Source: Macrostomum lignano (lineage: Eukaryota). From it: DNA of 64,000 bases. The notes below the pieces were generated by a model. It was given only the letters and a program-made list of their open reading frames with translations, was not told the DNA's origin and ran no database searches. Below are positions 1 to 11,464 of the stretch, piece by piece (position 1 is the stretch's first letter; each line of letters opens with the position of its first letter). Both the position numbers and the translations under genes were made by a program. The DNA lies in assembly GCA_002269645.1 (NCBI GenBank), contig NIVC01000121.1:124001-188000 (forward strand), read 5' to 3'.

Positions 1-655
1 CCTATGACCTATTGATCCAATAACCCATGATCCTATGACCCATAATCCTATGACCCATGATCCTATGAACCATAATCCAGTGACCCATTATCCTATGACC
101 TATTTTCCAATGACCCATGATGACATAACTCATGATCCAATGACCCGTAACCCTATGACCCATTATCCTCTGACCCATTTTCCAATGACCCATGATCATA
201 TAACCCATGATCCAATGACCCATAACCCTATGACCAATGATGCTATGACTCATGATCACATGACTCATGATCCAATGACCCATTCTCCTATGACTCATGA
301 TCACATGACTCATGATCCTATGGCTAATGATCCTATGACTCATGATCCTATGACCTATTATCCTATGACTCATGATCACATGACTCATGATCCTATGGCT
401 AATGATCCTATGACTCATGATCACATGACTCATGATCCTATGACCTATTATCCTATGACTCATGATCACATGACTCATGATCCTATGACCCATTATCCTA
501 TGACTCATGATCACATGACCCAATATTCTATGACCCATAACGGTATGACCCATGACTCATGATCACATGACCCATTATTCTATGACCCATAACGGTGTGA
601 CCCATGACCCATGATTCTATGACCCATAACGGTTTGACCCATGATCGCATGACCC
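1..655. repeat. Degenerate 15-bp tandem repeat (ATGACCCATGATCCT), intronic
   Basis: Directly visible; translates as (MTHDP)n. It ends about 50 bp before the splice acceptor at 706. Confidence 0.95.
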
Positions 656-706
656 AGTGATGCAAATTCTCCATCGCAAACGCCTCTCAAACCCGAACAC
701 CTGCAG

Positions 707-3700
707 CCATGAAATGCGACAAGGACAAAGTGTACACCACCAAGATGCAGCCCTGCCCAAAGTCCTGCGAGAATTTGTTCTTCGGCACCAAGGCCAACTG
801 CTACAACCTGCCCAAGAGGGAGGGCTGCGCGTGTAAGAAGGGCCTCGTTCTAGATGGCAGGAAGTGCGTCAGGCCCGAAATGTGTCAGTGCGTCAAGAGT
901 GAGTACCGTGTGTCATTAGTATTTGTATGTTTTTTGCTGTTCAGTATCTTCTTGAGCATTCATCAGACATTTTAAAGCATTCGTCAGACTCTTTTTGAGC
1001 ATTCGTCAGACTCTTTCTGAACATTCGTCAGACTCTTTCTGAACATTCGTCAGACTCTTTTTGAGCATTCGTCAGACTCTTTTTGAGCATTCGTCAGACC
1101 CTTTTTGAGCATTCGTCAGACTCTTTTTGAGCATTCGTCAGACTCTTTTTGAGCATTCGTTTGATTCTTTTTGAGCATTCGTCAGACTCTTTTTGAGCAT
1201 TCGTCAGACCCTTTTTGAGCATTCGTCAGACTCTTTTTGAGCATTCGTTTGATTCTTTTTGAGCATTCGTTTGTGTCGTGTCGTAGCAATAAGAAAGACT
1301 CTTTTCTATTTGAGAGAGCTCTTAGCTGAGCGTAGAATACGAGACTTCAACTGGTAGCCAAACCGGCCTTTATATTATATTGAATATGACCGACGGCAAC
1401 ATGCCGCCTACATTAGGAGTACAGCGCGATCAAACTTCAAGCTTTAGCATATAGAATAGAAAGATGCAACGTGCCGCGCGTGCACACTAAGTACGAGTAC
1501 ATTGGTAATGAGTACACTAGATATCAAGTACGCAGATACGCAACGCGAGTCAGAGATAGTTAGTGAGCCCCGCCAAGCGGCGCCACAGTTTGATTCTTTT
1601 TGAGCATTCGTCACACTCTTTTTGAGCATTCGTCAGACTCTTTTTGAGCATTCGTCAGACTCTTTCTGAGCATTCGTCTGACTCTTTTTGAGCATTCGTC
1701 AGACTCTTTCTGAGCATTCGTCTGACTCTTTCTGAGCATTCGTCTGACTCTTTTTGAGCATTCGTTTGATTCTTTTTGAGCATTCGTCAGACTCCTTTTG
1801 AGCATTCGTCAGACTCTTTTTGAGCATTCGTCAGACTCTTTTTGAGCATTCGTCAGACTCTTTCTGAGCATTCGTCTGACTCTTTCTGAGCATTCGTCTG
1901 ACTCTTTTTGAGCATTCGTTTGATTCTTTTTGAGCATTCGTCAGACTCCTTTTGAGCATTCGTCAGACTCTTTTTGAGCATTCGTCAGACTCTTTTTGAG
2001 CATTCGTCAGACTCTTTTTGAGCATTCGTCAGACTCTTTTTGAGAATTCGTCTGACTCTTTTTGAGCATTCGTCAGACTCTTTTTGAGCATTCGTCAGAC
2101 TCTTTTTGAGCATTCGTCTGACTCTTTCTGAGCATTCGTCTGACTCTTTTTGAGCATTCGTTTGATTCTTTTTGAGCATTCGTCAGACTCCTTTTGAGCA
2201 TTCGTCAGACTCTTTTTGAGCATTCGTCAGACTCTTTTTGAGCATTCGTCAGACTCTTTTTGAGCATTCGTCAGACTCTTTTTGAGCATTCGTCAGACTC
2301 TTTTTGAGCATTCGTCAGACTCCTTTCGAACATTCGTCAGACTTTTTGAGCCGTCAGACTCCTTTCGAACATTCGTCAGACTTTTTGAGCCGTCAGACTC
2401 CTTTCGAACATTCGTCAGACTTTTTGAGCATTCGTCAGACTCCTTTCGAACATTCGTCAGACTTTTTGAGCATTCGTCAGACTCCTTTCGAACATTCGTC
2501 AGACTCTTTTTGAGCATTCGTCAGACTCTTTTTGAGCATTCGTCAGACTCTTTTTGAGCATTCGTCAGACTCTTTCTGAGCATTCGTCAGACTCTTTCTG
2601 AGCATTCGTCAGACTCTTTTTGAGCATTCGTCAGACTCTTTTTGAGCATTCGTCAGACTCTTTTTGAGCATTCGTCTGACTCTTTCTGAGCATTCGTCAG
2701 ACTCTTTTTGAGCATTCGTCAGACTCTTTCTGAGCATTCGTCTGACTCTTTCTGAGCATTCGTCTGACTCTTTTTGAGCATTCGTTTGATTCTTTTTGAG
2801 CATTCGTCAGACTCCTTTTGAGCATTCGTCAGACTCTTTTTGAGCATTCGTCAGACTCTTTTTGAGCATTCGTCAGACTCTTTTTGAGCATTCGTCAGAC
2901 TCTTTTTGAGCATTCGTCAGACTCTTTTTGAGCATTCGTCAGACTCTTTTTGAGCATTCGTCTGACTCTTTCTGAGCATTCGTCTGACTCTTTTTGAGCA
3001 TTCGTTTGATTCTTTTTGAGCATTCGTCAGACTCTTTTTGAGCATTCGTCAGACTCTTTTTGAGCATTCGTCAGACTCCTTTCGAACATTCGTCAGACTT
3101 TTTGAGCATTCGTCAGACTCCTTTCGAACATTCGTCAGACTTTTTGAGCATTCGTCAGACTCCTTTCGAACATTCGTCAGACTTTTTGAGCATTCGTCAG
3201 ACTCCTTTCGAACATTCGTCAGACTCTTTTTGAGCATTCGTCAGACTCTTTTTGAGCATTCGTCAGACTCTTTTTGAGCATTCGTCTGACTCTTTCTGAG
3301 CATTCGTCAGACTCTTTTTGAGCATTCGTCAGACTCTTTTTGAGCATTCGTCTGACTCTTTTTGAGCATTCGTCAGACTCTTTTTGAGCATTCGTCTGAC
3401 TCTTTCTGAGCATTCGTCAGACTCCTTTTGAGCATTCGTCAGACTCTTTTTGAGCATTCGTCAGACTCTTTTTGAGCATTCGTCTGACTCTTTTTGAGCA
3501 TTCGTCTGACTCTTTTTGAGCATTCGTTTGATTCTTTTTGAGCATTCGTCAGACTCTTTTTGAGCATTCGTCAGACTCTTTTTGAGCATTCGTCAGACTC
3601 TTTTTGAGCATTCGTCAGACTCTTTTTGAGCATTCGTCTGACTCTTTCTGAGCATTCGTCTGACTCTTTTTGAGCATTCGTCAGACTCTTTTTGAGCATT

Positions 3701-6054
3701 CGTCAGACTCTTTTTGAGCATTCGTCTGACTCTTTTTGAGCATTCGTCTGACTCTTTTTGAGCATTCGTCTGACTCTTTTTGAGCATTCGTTTGATTCTT
3801 TTTGAGCATTCGTCTGACTCTTTTTGAGCATTCGTTTGATTCTTTTTGAGCATTCGTCAGACTCTTTTTGAGCATTCGTCTGACTCTTTCTGAGCATTCG
3901 TCAGACTCTTTTTGAGCATTCGTCAGACTCCTTTCGAACATTCGTCAGACTTTTTGAGCATTCGTCAGACTCCTTTCGAACATTCGTCAGACTTTTTGAG
4001 CATTCGTCAGACTCCTTTCGAACATTCGTCAGACTCTTTTTGAGCATTCGTCAGACTCTTTTTGAGCATTCGTCAGACTCTTTTTGAGCATTCGTCTGAC
4101 TCTTTCTGAGCATTCGTCAGACTCTTTTTGAGCATTCGTCAGACTCTTTTTGAGCATTCGTCAGACTCTTTTTGAGCATTCGTCAGATTCTTTTTGAGCA
4201 TTCGTCAGAATCTTTTGAGCATTCGTCAGAATCTTTTGAGCATTCGTCAGAATCTTTTGAGCATTCGTCTGACTCTTTCTGAGCATTCGTCAGACTCTTT
4301 TTGAGCATTCGTCTGACTCTTTTTGAGCATTCGTCAGACTCTTTTTGAGCATTCGTCTGACTCTTTGACTTTTCGTCTGACTCTCTTTGATCATACGTTT
4401 GACTCGTTGACTCGTTGAGTATTCATATAATTCTTTCCTGACTCCCAGCCTGACTCTTCTGACTTGCCCCCTCCCCCGCAGAGTTCCCCGAGCTCATGTG
4501 CAAAGACGACGCATCGGCCAAGAAGTGCCGACGCTGGCGGGCTGCGGGCCACTGCGCCAGCAACCCCTACACCATGCTGAAGATGTGCAGAAGGACCTGC
4601 GGACTCTGCCACACTAAAAAGGCTAAGGCTTGTGAGACTGCTTGGGGATTTTCCCTCTCTGACTCCCCATGGGTGTCCCTCTTTGACTCTCCATGGGTGT
4701 CCCCTCTCTGACTCTCCATGGGTGTCCCTCTTTGACTCTCCATGGGTGTCCCTCTGTGACTCTCCATGGGTGTCCCCTCTCTGACTCTCCATGGGTGTCC
4801 CTCTTTGACTCTCCATGGGTGTCCCTCTCTGACTCTCCATGGGTGTCCCCTCTCTGACTCTCCATGGGTGTCCCTCTCTGACTCTCCATGGGTGTCCCTC
4901 TCTGACTCTCCATGGGTGTCCCCTCTCTGACTCTCCATGGGTGTCCCCTCTCTGACTCTCCATGGGTGTCCCCTCTCTGACTCTCCATGGGTGTCCCTCT
5001 TTGACTCTCCATGGGTGTCCCTCTGTGACTCTCCATGGGTGTCCCTCTCTGACTATCCATGGGTTTCCCTCTCTGACTATCCATGGGTGTCCCTCTCTGA
5101 CTCTCCATGGGTGTCCCTCTGTGACTCTCCATGGGTGTCTTTCTCTGACTCTCCATGGGTTTCCCTCTCTGACTCTCCATGGGTGTCCCTCTCTGACTCT
5201 CCATGGGTGTCCCTCTCTGACTATCCATGGGTGTCCCTCTGTGACTCTCCATGGGTGTCTTTCTCTGACTCTCCATGGGTTTCCCTCTCTGACTCTCCAT
5301 GGGTGTCCCTCTCTGACTATCCATGGATGTCCCTCTCTGACTATCCATGGGTGTCCCTCTGTGACTCTCCATGGGTGTCCCTCTCTGACTCTCCATGGGT
5401 TTCCCTCTCTGACTCTCCATGGGTGTCCCTCTCTGACTCTCCATGGGTGTCCCTCTCTGACTCTCCATGGGTTTCCCTCTCTGACTCTCCATGGGTGTCC
5501 CTCTCTGACTCTCCATGGGTGTCCCTCTCTGACTATCCATGGGTGTCCCTCTCTGACTCTCCATGGGTTTCCCTCTCTGACTCTCCATGGGTGTCCCTCT
5601 CTGACTCTCCATGGGTGTCCCTCTCTGACTATCCATGGGTGTCCCTCTCTGACTATCCATGGGTGTCCCTCTCTGACTATCCATGGGTGTCCCTCTCTGA
5701 CTATCCATGGGTTTCCTTCTCTGACTCTTCTTGGGTGTCTCTCTCTGACTCTCCATGGGTGTCCTTCTCAGGCGTGTCCCTCATATACTCCGAACACTCC
5801 AAGTCACCCAAAGACAACTCAAGGTGAATCCCGAACCCGCAGCCTGCCGCAACATCATGTCCGTTCGTCGATGTAAAATCCTGAAGCGCAAAGGCCAGTG
5901 CGGCACATCCTTTGTGAGCACAGCCTGCCGCAGAACCTGCGGTTTGTGCAAAGCGGGCGACAAAATTGTCGAGGAGAAATCGACAAACAAAACTGCCAAA
6001 TCCAGCAGACGAGGACACACTGTGGTACTGCGATCTACCGAGGACAAGGATTAA
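707..6054 (+). CDS. 3' part of a secreted Cys-rich protein: TIL domain exon (707-898) plus two ShKT-domain exons (4482-4631, 5843-6054); 5' exons lie outside the window
   Basis: Exon 707-898 reads CDKDKVYTTKMQPCPKSCEN...EGCACKKGLVLDGRKCVRPEMC (TIL Cys spacing). Exon 4482-4631 reads CKDD...CRRW...GHC...MLKMCRRTCGLC and exon 5843-6054 reads CRNIMSVRRC...GQC...ACRRTCGLC (ShKT). The acceptors ctgcag|707, ccgcag|4482 and ccgcag|5843 and the donors GTGAGT at 899 and GTGAGA at 4632 are all phase 1 and join in frame. Stop TAA at 6052-6054; AATAAA at 6097. Confidence 0.8.
960..4385. repeat. 22-bp tandem satellite (GAGCATTCGTCAGACTCTTTTT), ~3.4 kb, filling the TIL-ShKT intron
   Basis: Directly visible with recurring variant units. 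The 22-aa periodic ORFs (MLKKSLTNAQKESDECSKRVRR) equal three units. Confidence 0.97.
1274..1587. mobile_element. Solo LTR (314 bp) inserted into the 22-bp satellite
   Basis: Unique sequence with TGT...ACA termini, flanked by a perfect 5-bp direct repeat GTTTG (1269-1273, 1588-1592) derived from the satellite unit. A TATA-like TATAAAG is present on the minus strand. Confidence 0.8.
4651..5765. repeat. 24-bp minisatellite (CTCTCTGACTCTCCATGGGTGTCC), array 1, intronic
   Basis: Directly visible; gives (MESQRGTP)n and (SLSDSPWV)n ORFs. Confidence 0.97.
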
Positions 6055-6410
6055 TGAGTCACATTTGAAATAGATGATCTGGAAGAATTATTGAATAATA
6101 AATGAGATATTACAGTGGTGATGGAATTTGAAAAAAAATAATATATCATCAGTGACAGTCTATTTAAAATAACAAATAGCTTCCATTTTAATGTCTCGCA
6201 ACATTTGAAACTCTCCAATGCTTGAGAGTATTATATTGCGCGTCCATTCTATTTTTTCCAGATTAATGCAAATTTAACATTTGCGAATAGCTATATGGTC
6301 AGCTCCCTAGAAACCTGTCTAAAAAACTAATGTATCCAATTCTACTTAATTAATTCGTCTCTTGTAATTGCAGCATGCGGGGTGTCCGTGCGCGATTTTC
6401 GATTCCAAAT

Positions 6411-6560
6411 TCTTCCGGTTTTTTCCTGGTTTTTTCCGGGTTTTTTCAGGTTTTCCGGGTTTTTTCAGGTTTTCCGGGTTTTTTCAGGTTTTCCGGGTTT
6501 TTTCAGGTTTTCCGGGTTTTTTCAGGTTTTCCGGGTTTTTTCAGGTTTTCCGGGTTTTAC
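6411..6560. repeat. 19-bp tandem repeat (CAGGTTTTCCGGGTTTTTT)
   Basis: Directly visible, about 7 units. It may be the subterminal array of a DNA-transposon fragment. Confidence 0.85.
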
Positions 6561-6567
6561 CCTTTTC

Positions 6568-7347
6568 GGGTCTATGAAATTTGCTTGCGGAATTTTGCTT
6601 GCCGAACTTTGCTTGCAGAACTTTGCTTGCAGAAATTTTGCTTGCTGAGGTTTGCCAGCCACAGTTTTCTTGCGTAACCTTAAATAACCTATTATTGAGC
6701 TCTTGTATTTCTAATTTTCATTTTCTAAGATTTGTGGAAGTCGCCTATAGTGTTATGATTTTGTATGAGGATATGGCGGATTTGAAAAGCCCTAATGCAG
6801 AAATGAAATAATTTAGTTTTTTTACTTGGAATATATTTTCAACAAAAATTTGACACAATTTCGAACAATGCACATAGCGAATTATTTAGGCAGCGAAATG
6901 TACAGAATAGATTTTTTGGAAATGAACGTACATTGTGCACCAATGTACATCATTTCTATATACTAAATTCTTAGAATGAAACTCTATAAGCCTAGTTTGA
7001 AAGCTCAGTGTCAAGTCAGTTTACGTCGACGCTGATAAGAATCCACTTGCAAAGCATCTGTAGTATGTAATAATTGACTGACCGACTTCACATGCAATCA
7101 AAACAAGCAAGCAGACAAGAAAATAATTCGGCAAGTTAAAACCTTGCAATTGTGACATCAAAAGTCCGCAAGCAAAGTTTGGCAAGCAAAATTCCTGCAA
7201 GCAAAATTCGGCAAGCAAAGTTCCTGCAAGCAAAATTCGGCAAGCAAAGTTCCTGCAAGCAAAATTCCGCAAGCAAAGTTCGGCAAGCAAAATTCCTGCA
7301 AGCAAAGCTCGGCAAGCAAACTTCCCGCAAGCAAACGTCGTACTCCC
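6568..7347. mobile_element. Non-autonomous DNA transposon/MITE with inverted subterminal arrays of TTTGCTTGC
   Basis: Starts GGG followed by tandem TTTGCTTGC[C/A]GAA (6580-6650); ends with tandem GCAAGCAAA (7170-7335) and CCC. No TSD recognised. Confidence 0.6.
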
Positions 7348-7953
7348 GCATCAACCAATCAAGATCCCAAGTGAACACTTTTTTATATCAGAGATTAAGA
7401 AAATGCCAATTTTCGAGATTTTGTCAAAGTACGTTCTGTTCCAAATTAACCCAGTTTTTTTTCCCGGGGCATGTGCAACCTATAGAGTCTATAACTATTC
7501 GCATGTGTCTGCAGCTATAGTTTAGCAAACATGTACAGTCACACAGTGTACATGTAGATAAAACTCTATTCTTTTTATATAAAATCTTCTGAAACTACGT
7601 TTTCGGACTAATCCTAATTCGCACAGATAAAGATACCACTGTATCAATTCTTATAGCTATTAGCTAAGTGCTATATACAAACTGCTCTATAGATACTGCA
7701 CATATGCAAACATTTGCGTAACAAATTTTATTGTGTTTCTCACCCACCTTTACGAAATTCATGACCTGCTGATGACACCACCTGACTGCAGGCAGATCAA
7801 GGACATACAAGCACATGCATGTTCATGTAGATATTAGCAAACACTTACATGTAATAGCTAGTCACGCGAGTTAAAAATGCATATTTTGGTTTACATAATG
7901 CTTCTAGTGTAATTCCCATGAGTCGTTTGATGTACAAATGCATCGTTAATACA

Positions 7954-8387
7954 CAGGGTGCCACGTAAACGCGCGCCTGATTTAAAACGTTAATTTTTTC
8001 ACTTTTAACTTTTTTCATTGGCAACCAATGTTGACAAATTTTAACACTTAACATTGTCACAAGTATAGCATTATATTTTAGTATATACTAGATTTGCAAA
8101 AGTTATGCAAGCAAGCACTCTGCACACACACACAAGCGGAGCTCCAAAGTCGAATGTTAAGAAAGCAAGCTGCAGGCATGCCGTAATTGCCGCATTCACT
8201 TTGCTTTCTGTGGCATACGCACACACAAACGCACGAAACTTTAATCCTGCGTTTTCTATAATCTCAATTTCATTTTTATTCAGCTAGCAGAGAGATGGCA
8301 TATTCAGTCACTGAAAGGGTGCGGTGCGTCGCGTGGACAGAGTGCAGTGGAGGTACCATACCTAAAGTTCCATACCGAGTATGGCAA
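7954..8387 (+). mobile_element. 5' remnant of a mariner-like element (TIR start plus N-terminal HTH fragment)
   Basis: CAGGGTG terminus at 7954. ATG at 8295 gives MAYSVTERVRCVAW.E, then after a frameshift KFHTEYG, resembling the N-terminal HTH of mariner-type transposases. Confidence 0.4.
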
Positions 8388-8899
8388 CAGTGACGGCCAC
8401 AGAATTCGGCGGTGGCACGATAGACTTCTGACCACTGGCATGCAGTGTGCAGGATGCTGACAGCTGGTTGCGAATGACAAAAGTTATTAACGCTTTAAAT
8501 CATGCAGGCGAGTTACGTGCGGGGCACCGTGCGGGCCACCCTATCCAACGCAGCTGGCATTTGGGTTGTGATGATGTACATGTACGTGCACCTCTGCAGG
8601 GTGCAGATTAAGCGACATTTGTGACACAAGGCAATTGCTGCCCATTCCGCCAACTCCCCTGAGCAGGCACACAAGCGCGCGGACACGTACCCAGCTGTCA
8701 AACGCACAGGCACACTCACACAGGAGTGTACAGCGGCCCAACTTTATTTATCGTTAGGCATGTACACTTCACAGGTGCCTTGAAGGGTTGGCCCTCAGGG
8801 GCGTTAATTTGATCTGTTTCATTTGCGTGACAGTGAATTTAAAAACGACATGTATTTGTACTTTTTCTGTGTATTTTGTGATGACGCAATGCTTTAGTT

Positions 8900-9290
8900 T
8901 GAGACTCGCTGAGGATGTCCAGCAGTTGAAGTTCTTCCACAGTCAATTGGCTTGATCTGGGAAATTAGAGAAATTCGCAACAGGGTATCCACAGTTACCT
9001 GGTTCCCACCTGTTGAAGGTCCAGAAGCTCCGCCTGGATGAAGACTATAGTGACCAACGAAGTCAGAGCTGATGCAGTCAGATGTGATCGACATGCTGAT
9101 GAAACTTGGAGACTTGGCAAGGCTGCAGTGAGGCGCAGTGCTGATTGGCGCACAGGGATGTACTGAATACACTGGCAGAATCGTTGAATATCTCGACGGT
9201 CTGGAGAGCTGACAATAAGTTCTTGTTCGAGAAGGTTCTCGTGTTCTATAATTTCGTGTGCCTGCATTTGCTCTGGACGTTAAACCACAG
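8900..9290. repeat. Degenerate fragment of the foldback/piggyBac-like family seen at 37905-39103
   Basis: Shares GGCTTGATC.G.GAAA.TAGAGAAAT.CGCA.CAGGGT, CTTGGCAAGGCTGCA.TGAGGCG and GCAGAATC.T.GAATATCTCGACGGTC.GGAG with 38530-39030. Confidence 0.7.
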
Positions 9291-11464
9291 CAAATAAATT
9301 GCCAGGGGTACCGGCTATAACCCACCGGAAGAGTGCACTGCCAAGTCATGCAGTCACAGAAAAATACAGTGCCCCATACTCGTACAGCGCCATCGAGCAT
9401 GCAACCAAAGCTGTAGTTTAAACACAGAAAAGCATAAAATACGACATGTAAATCGTACATGTAGCAAATACATGAACTTCTGCCCATTTTTATGAGAGTT
9501 GTTGCTGGACTAATGAACTGTGCCTCTGACGTTTAGAAATATATTTAGTATATTTGGATTGAGATTTTTATGCGTATACACAGCACCCTGGCACTGCACT
9601 GAATATTTACAGTATAAAGTCAAAAAGTTATTTGTGGTATACATAAGCGTGTAATTACGTCCTTATTGCAGGCTTTCGCGTTTAATATAAATGGTAATAA
9701 TGGCCAAAAGTTTTAACAACAAGGAAGAAAGGGTATTATAGCATCCACAATATATCTTACTGACACTCTCTATCCTAGATTCAATTTAATTTACTGAACA
9801 CTTTAAAGAGTTGTACACTCGCTACAATAAGGTAAGACTTAAGTCAAACTGAACTACATCCTCTGTATAATTCAAAATTTCCACTTCAGATAGCTAGTAG
9901 ATAGTGGAAAAATTTTAGGCACAGAAATAAGGACCTAAAACAAGTCACGACCAAATGCACACGCATAAATGACGTACACTTAACTGTACACACCGATAGT
10001 ACCTTGTAAAACGTCACTGCAGTGCAGTAGCTTGAACAAATTGACGTTGGTTGCCAAACTTTGACTGCTGGACTTTAACTGCCAGCGAAATTCCACTTTT
10101 GATTGCCGACAATTTAGATTAGATTAGATTTGTCAGCTTTCATTTTAGGGTTTACGGTCAGCAGCCTTGTAGTTCCAAAATGGAAAAATTGAATTAAAAG
10201 TGTCCTACCTCTGACTCCCAGAATGAACTTCAGTTTCTCGAAAATCTCAAATCGAACAAATAAAACAAGTTGAAAATTGGATAAATTTGTATTGAGGAAC
10301 TTTCTAATTGCGACTGTAATGTAAGGGTACAGCGCAAGCAAACTTTTTTTAATTGAATGCGTGCTAATGCTTATTGTCTTTTAACTTTTGCAACAAGAAT
10401 AGTATATTCATAGCCTTTAATTTCATTTTCCTGAAAGTCCCAACTTGGGCAACATATTGTTTTTATCTCAAACTGTGAGTTAAATATACTTCCTATTTCA
10501 CAAAACTGGTTACAACTTCGTTCAAAAATGAACTTTTATGGTTGCAGATGTACAGTAAAGGTACGGAGCAAAGAAACCTAAAGAAATATATCGTACGACA
10601 CTTTTTATCATAATACGCTCGTAATAGCTTTGAATTTTGCTTCTTGCAATTTGCGACTTCTAAAATGTTTTTGCAAACGGAAGTTTTCAACAACAAGTCC
10701 GTCTATTAGATGACTTCAAACTTTCTGAATTGGCACCAGCCAGACTGCATTTATCAGTATTAGAAAATTTTTGCCACTGTTAGCGACTATTCTAATAATG
10801 GTTAAATTCAAATCTGGTCTTCACAATTTTTAAAGCATAATAAAAACCAAATGCGCACGGCTTGCAAACATGGGGAAAAGTAGACCCCGGATGCGATATT
10901 TTCATACGAGTATCCATATCGCATCCAGACGCCAGTGAAAGAACCCCAAGCTTGCAAAAAAGGATATGAAATGCACTTTCTGGTCCACAGTAAATACGCA
11001 TGAATAAAGACATGATAAATAAATTCTAGGCATCATACATCAACTTGACTCGTAGAAGTTCGGTAAAGTTCAGTTTAAAAACATAAAAAGACTGACCAGA
11101 AAGCACAAAATTTATCCTTTGAAAGCGCTATAATATTTATATAAATGCATAATCATAGATGCAAAATAAATAAATACGACGCGGCATTCAAGAAGTCGGG
11201 GCAGCTCGTGCACTCGCTACGCAGATTCTCTAGACATAGCAGTACAGGTGAGAACACGCTGGTATGCTAGAGAATCTGCAGTGATGTAAAGAAAAAATTC
11301 CAAATCTGAGTGTTGCCGAACTTTTTGAATGTCGGTCGTATAAAAAATTAAAATATAAATTAAATGCAAAAATATATAAATAAGTAGAAAAAATAAACAA
11401 AATATATTGATTAAAAATAAATGCATTTGCTTTATTATGCTTATAAAAATTGCTAGGTGCCAAC

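Noticed and set aside
960-4385. CRISPR-like regular repeats (also the 24-bp, 27-bp and 16-bp arrays)
   Set aside because: Units are head-to-tail with no unique spacers, no cas genes are present, and the context is a eukaryotic intron or intergenic region.
2-5876. Long periodic ORFs (MTHDP, MLKKSLTNAQKES, MESQRGTP, SLSDSPWV repeats)
   Set aside because: These are translations of stop-free tandem repeats, open in several frames on both strands and lying inside introns defined by in-phase splice sites.
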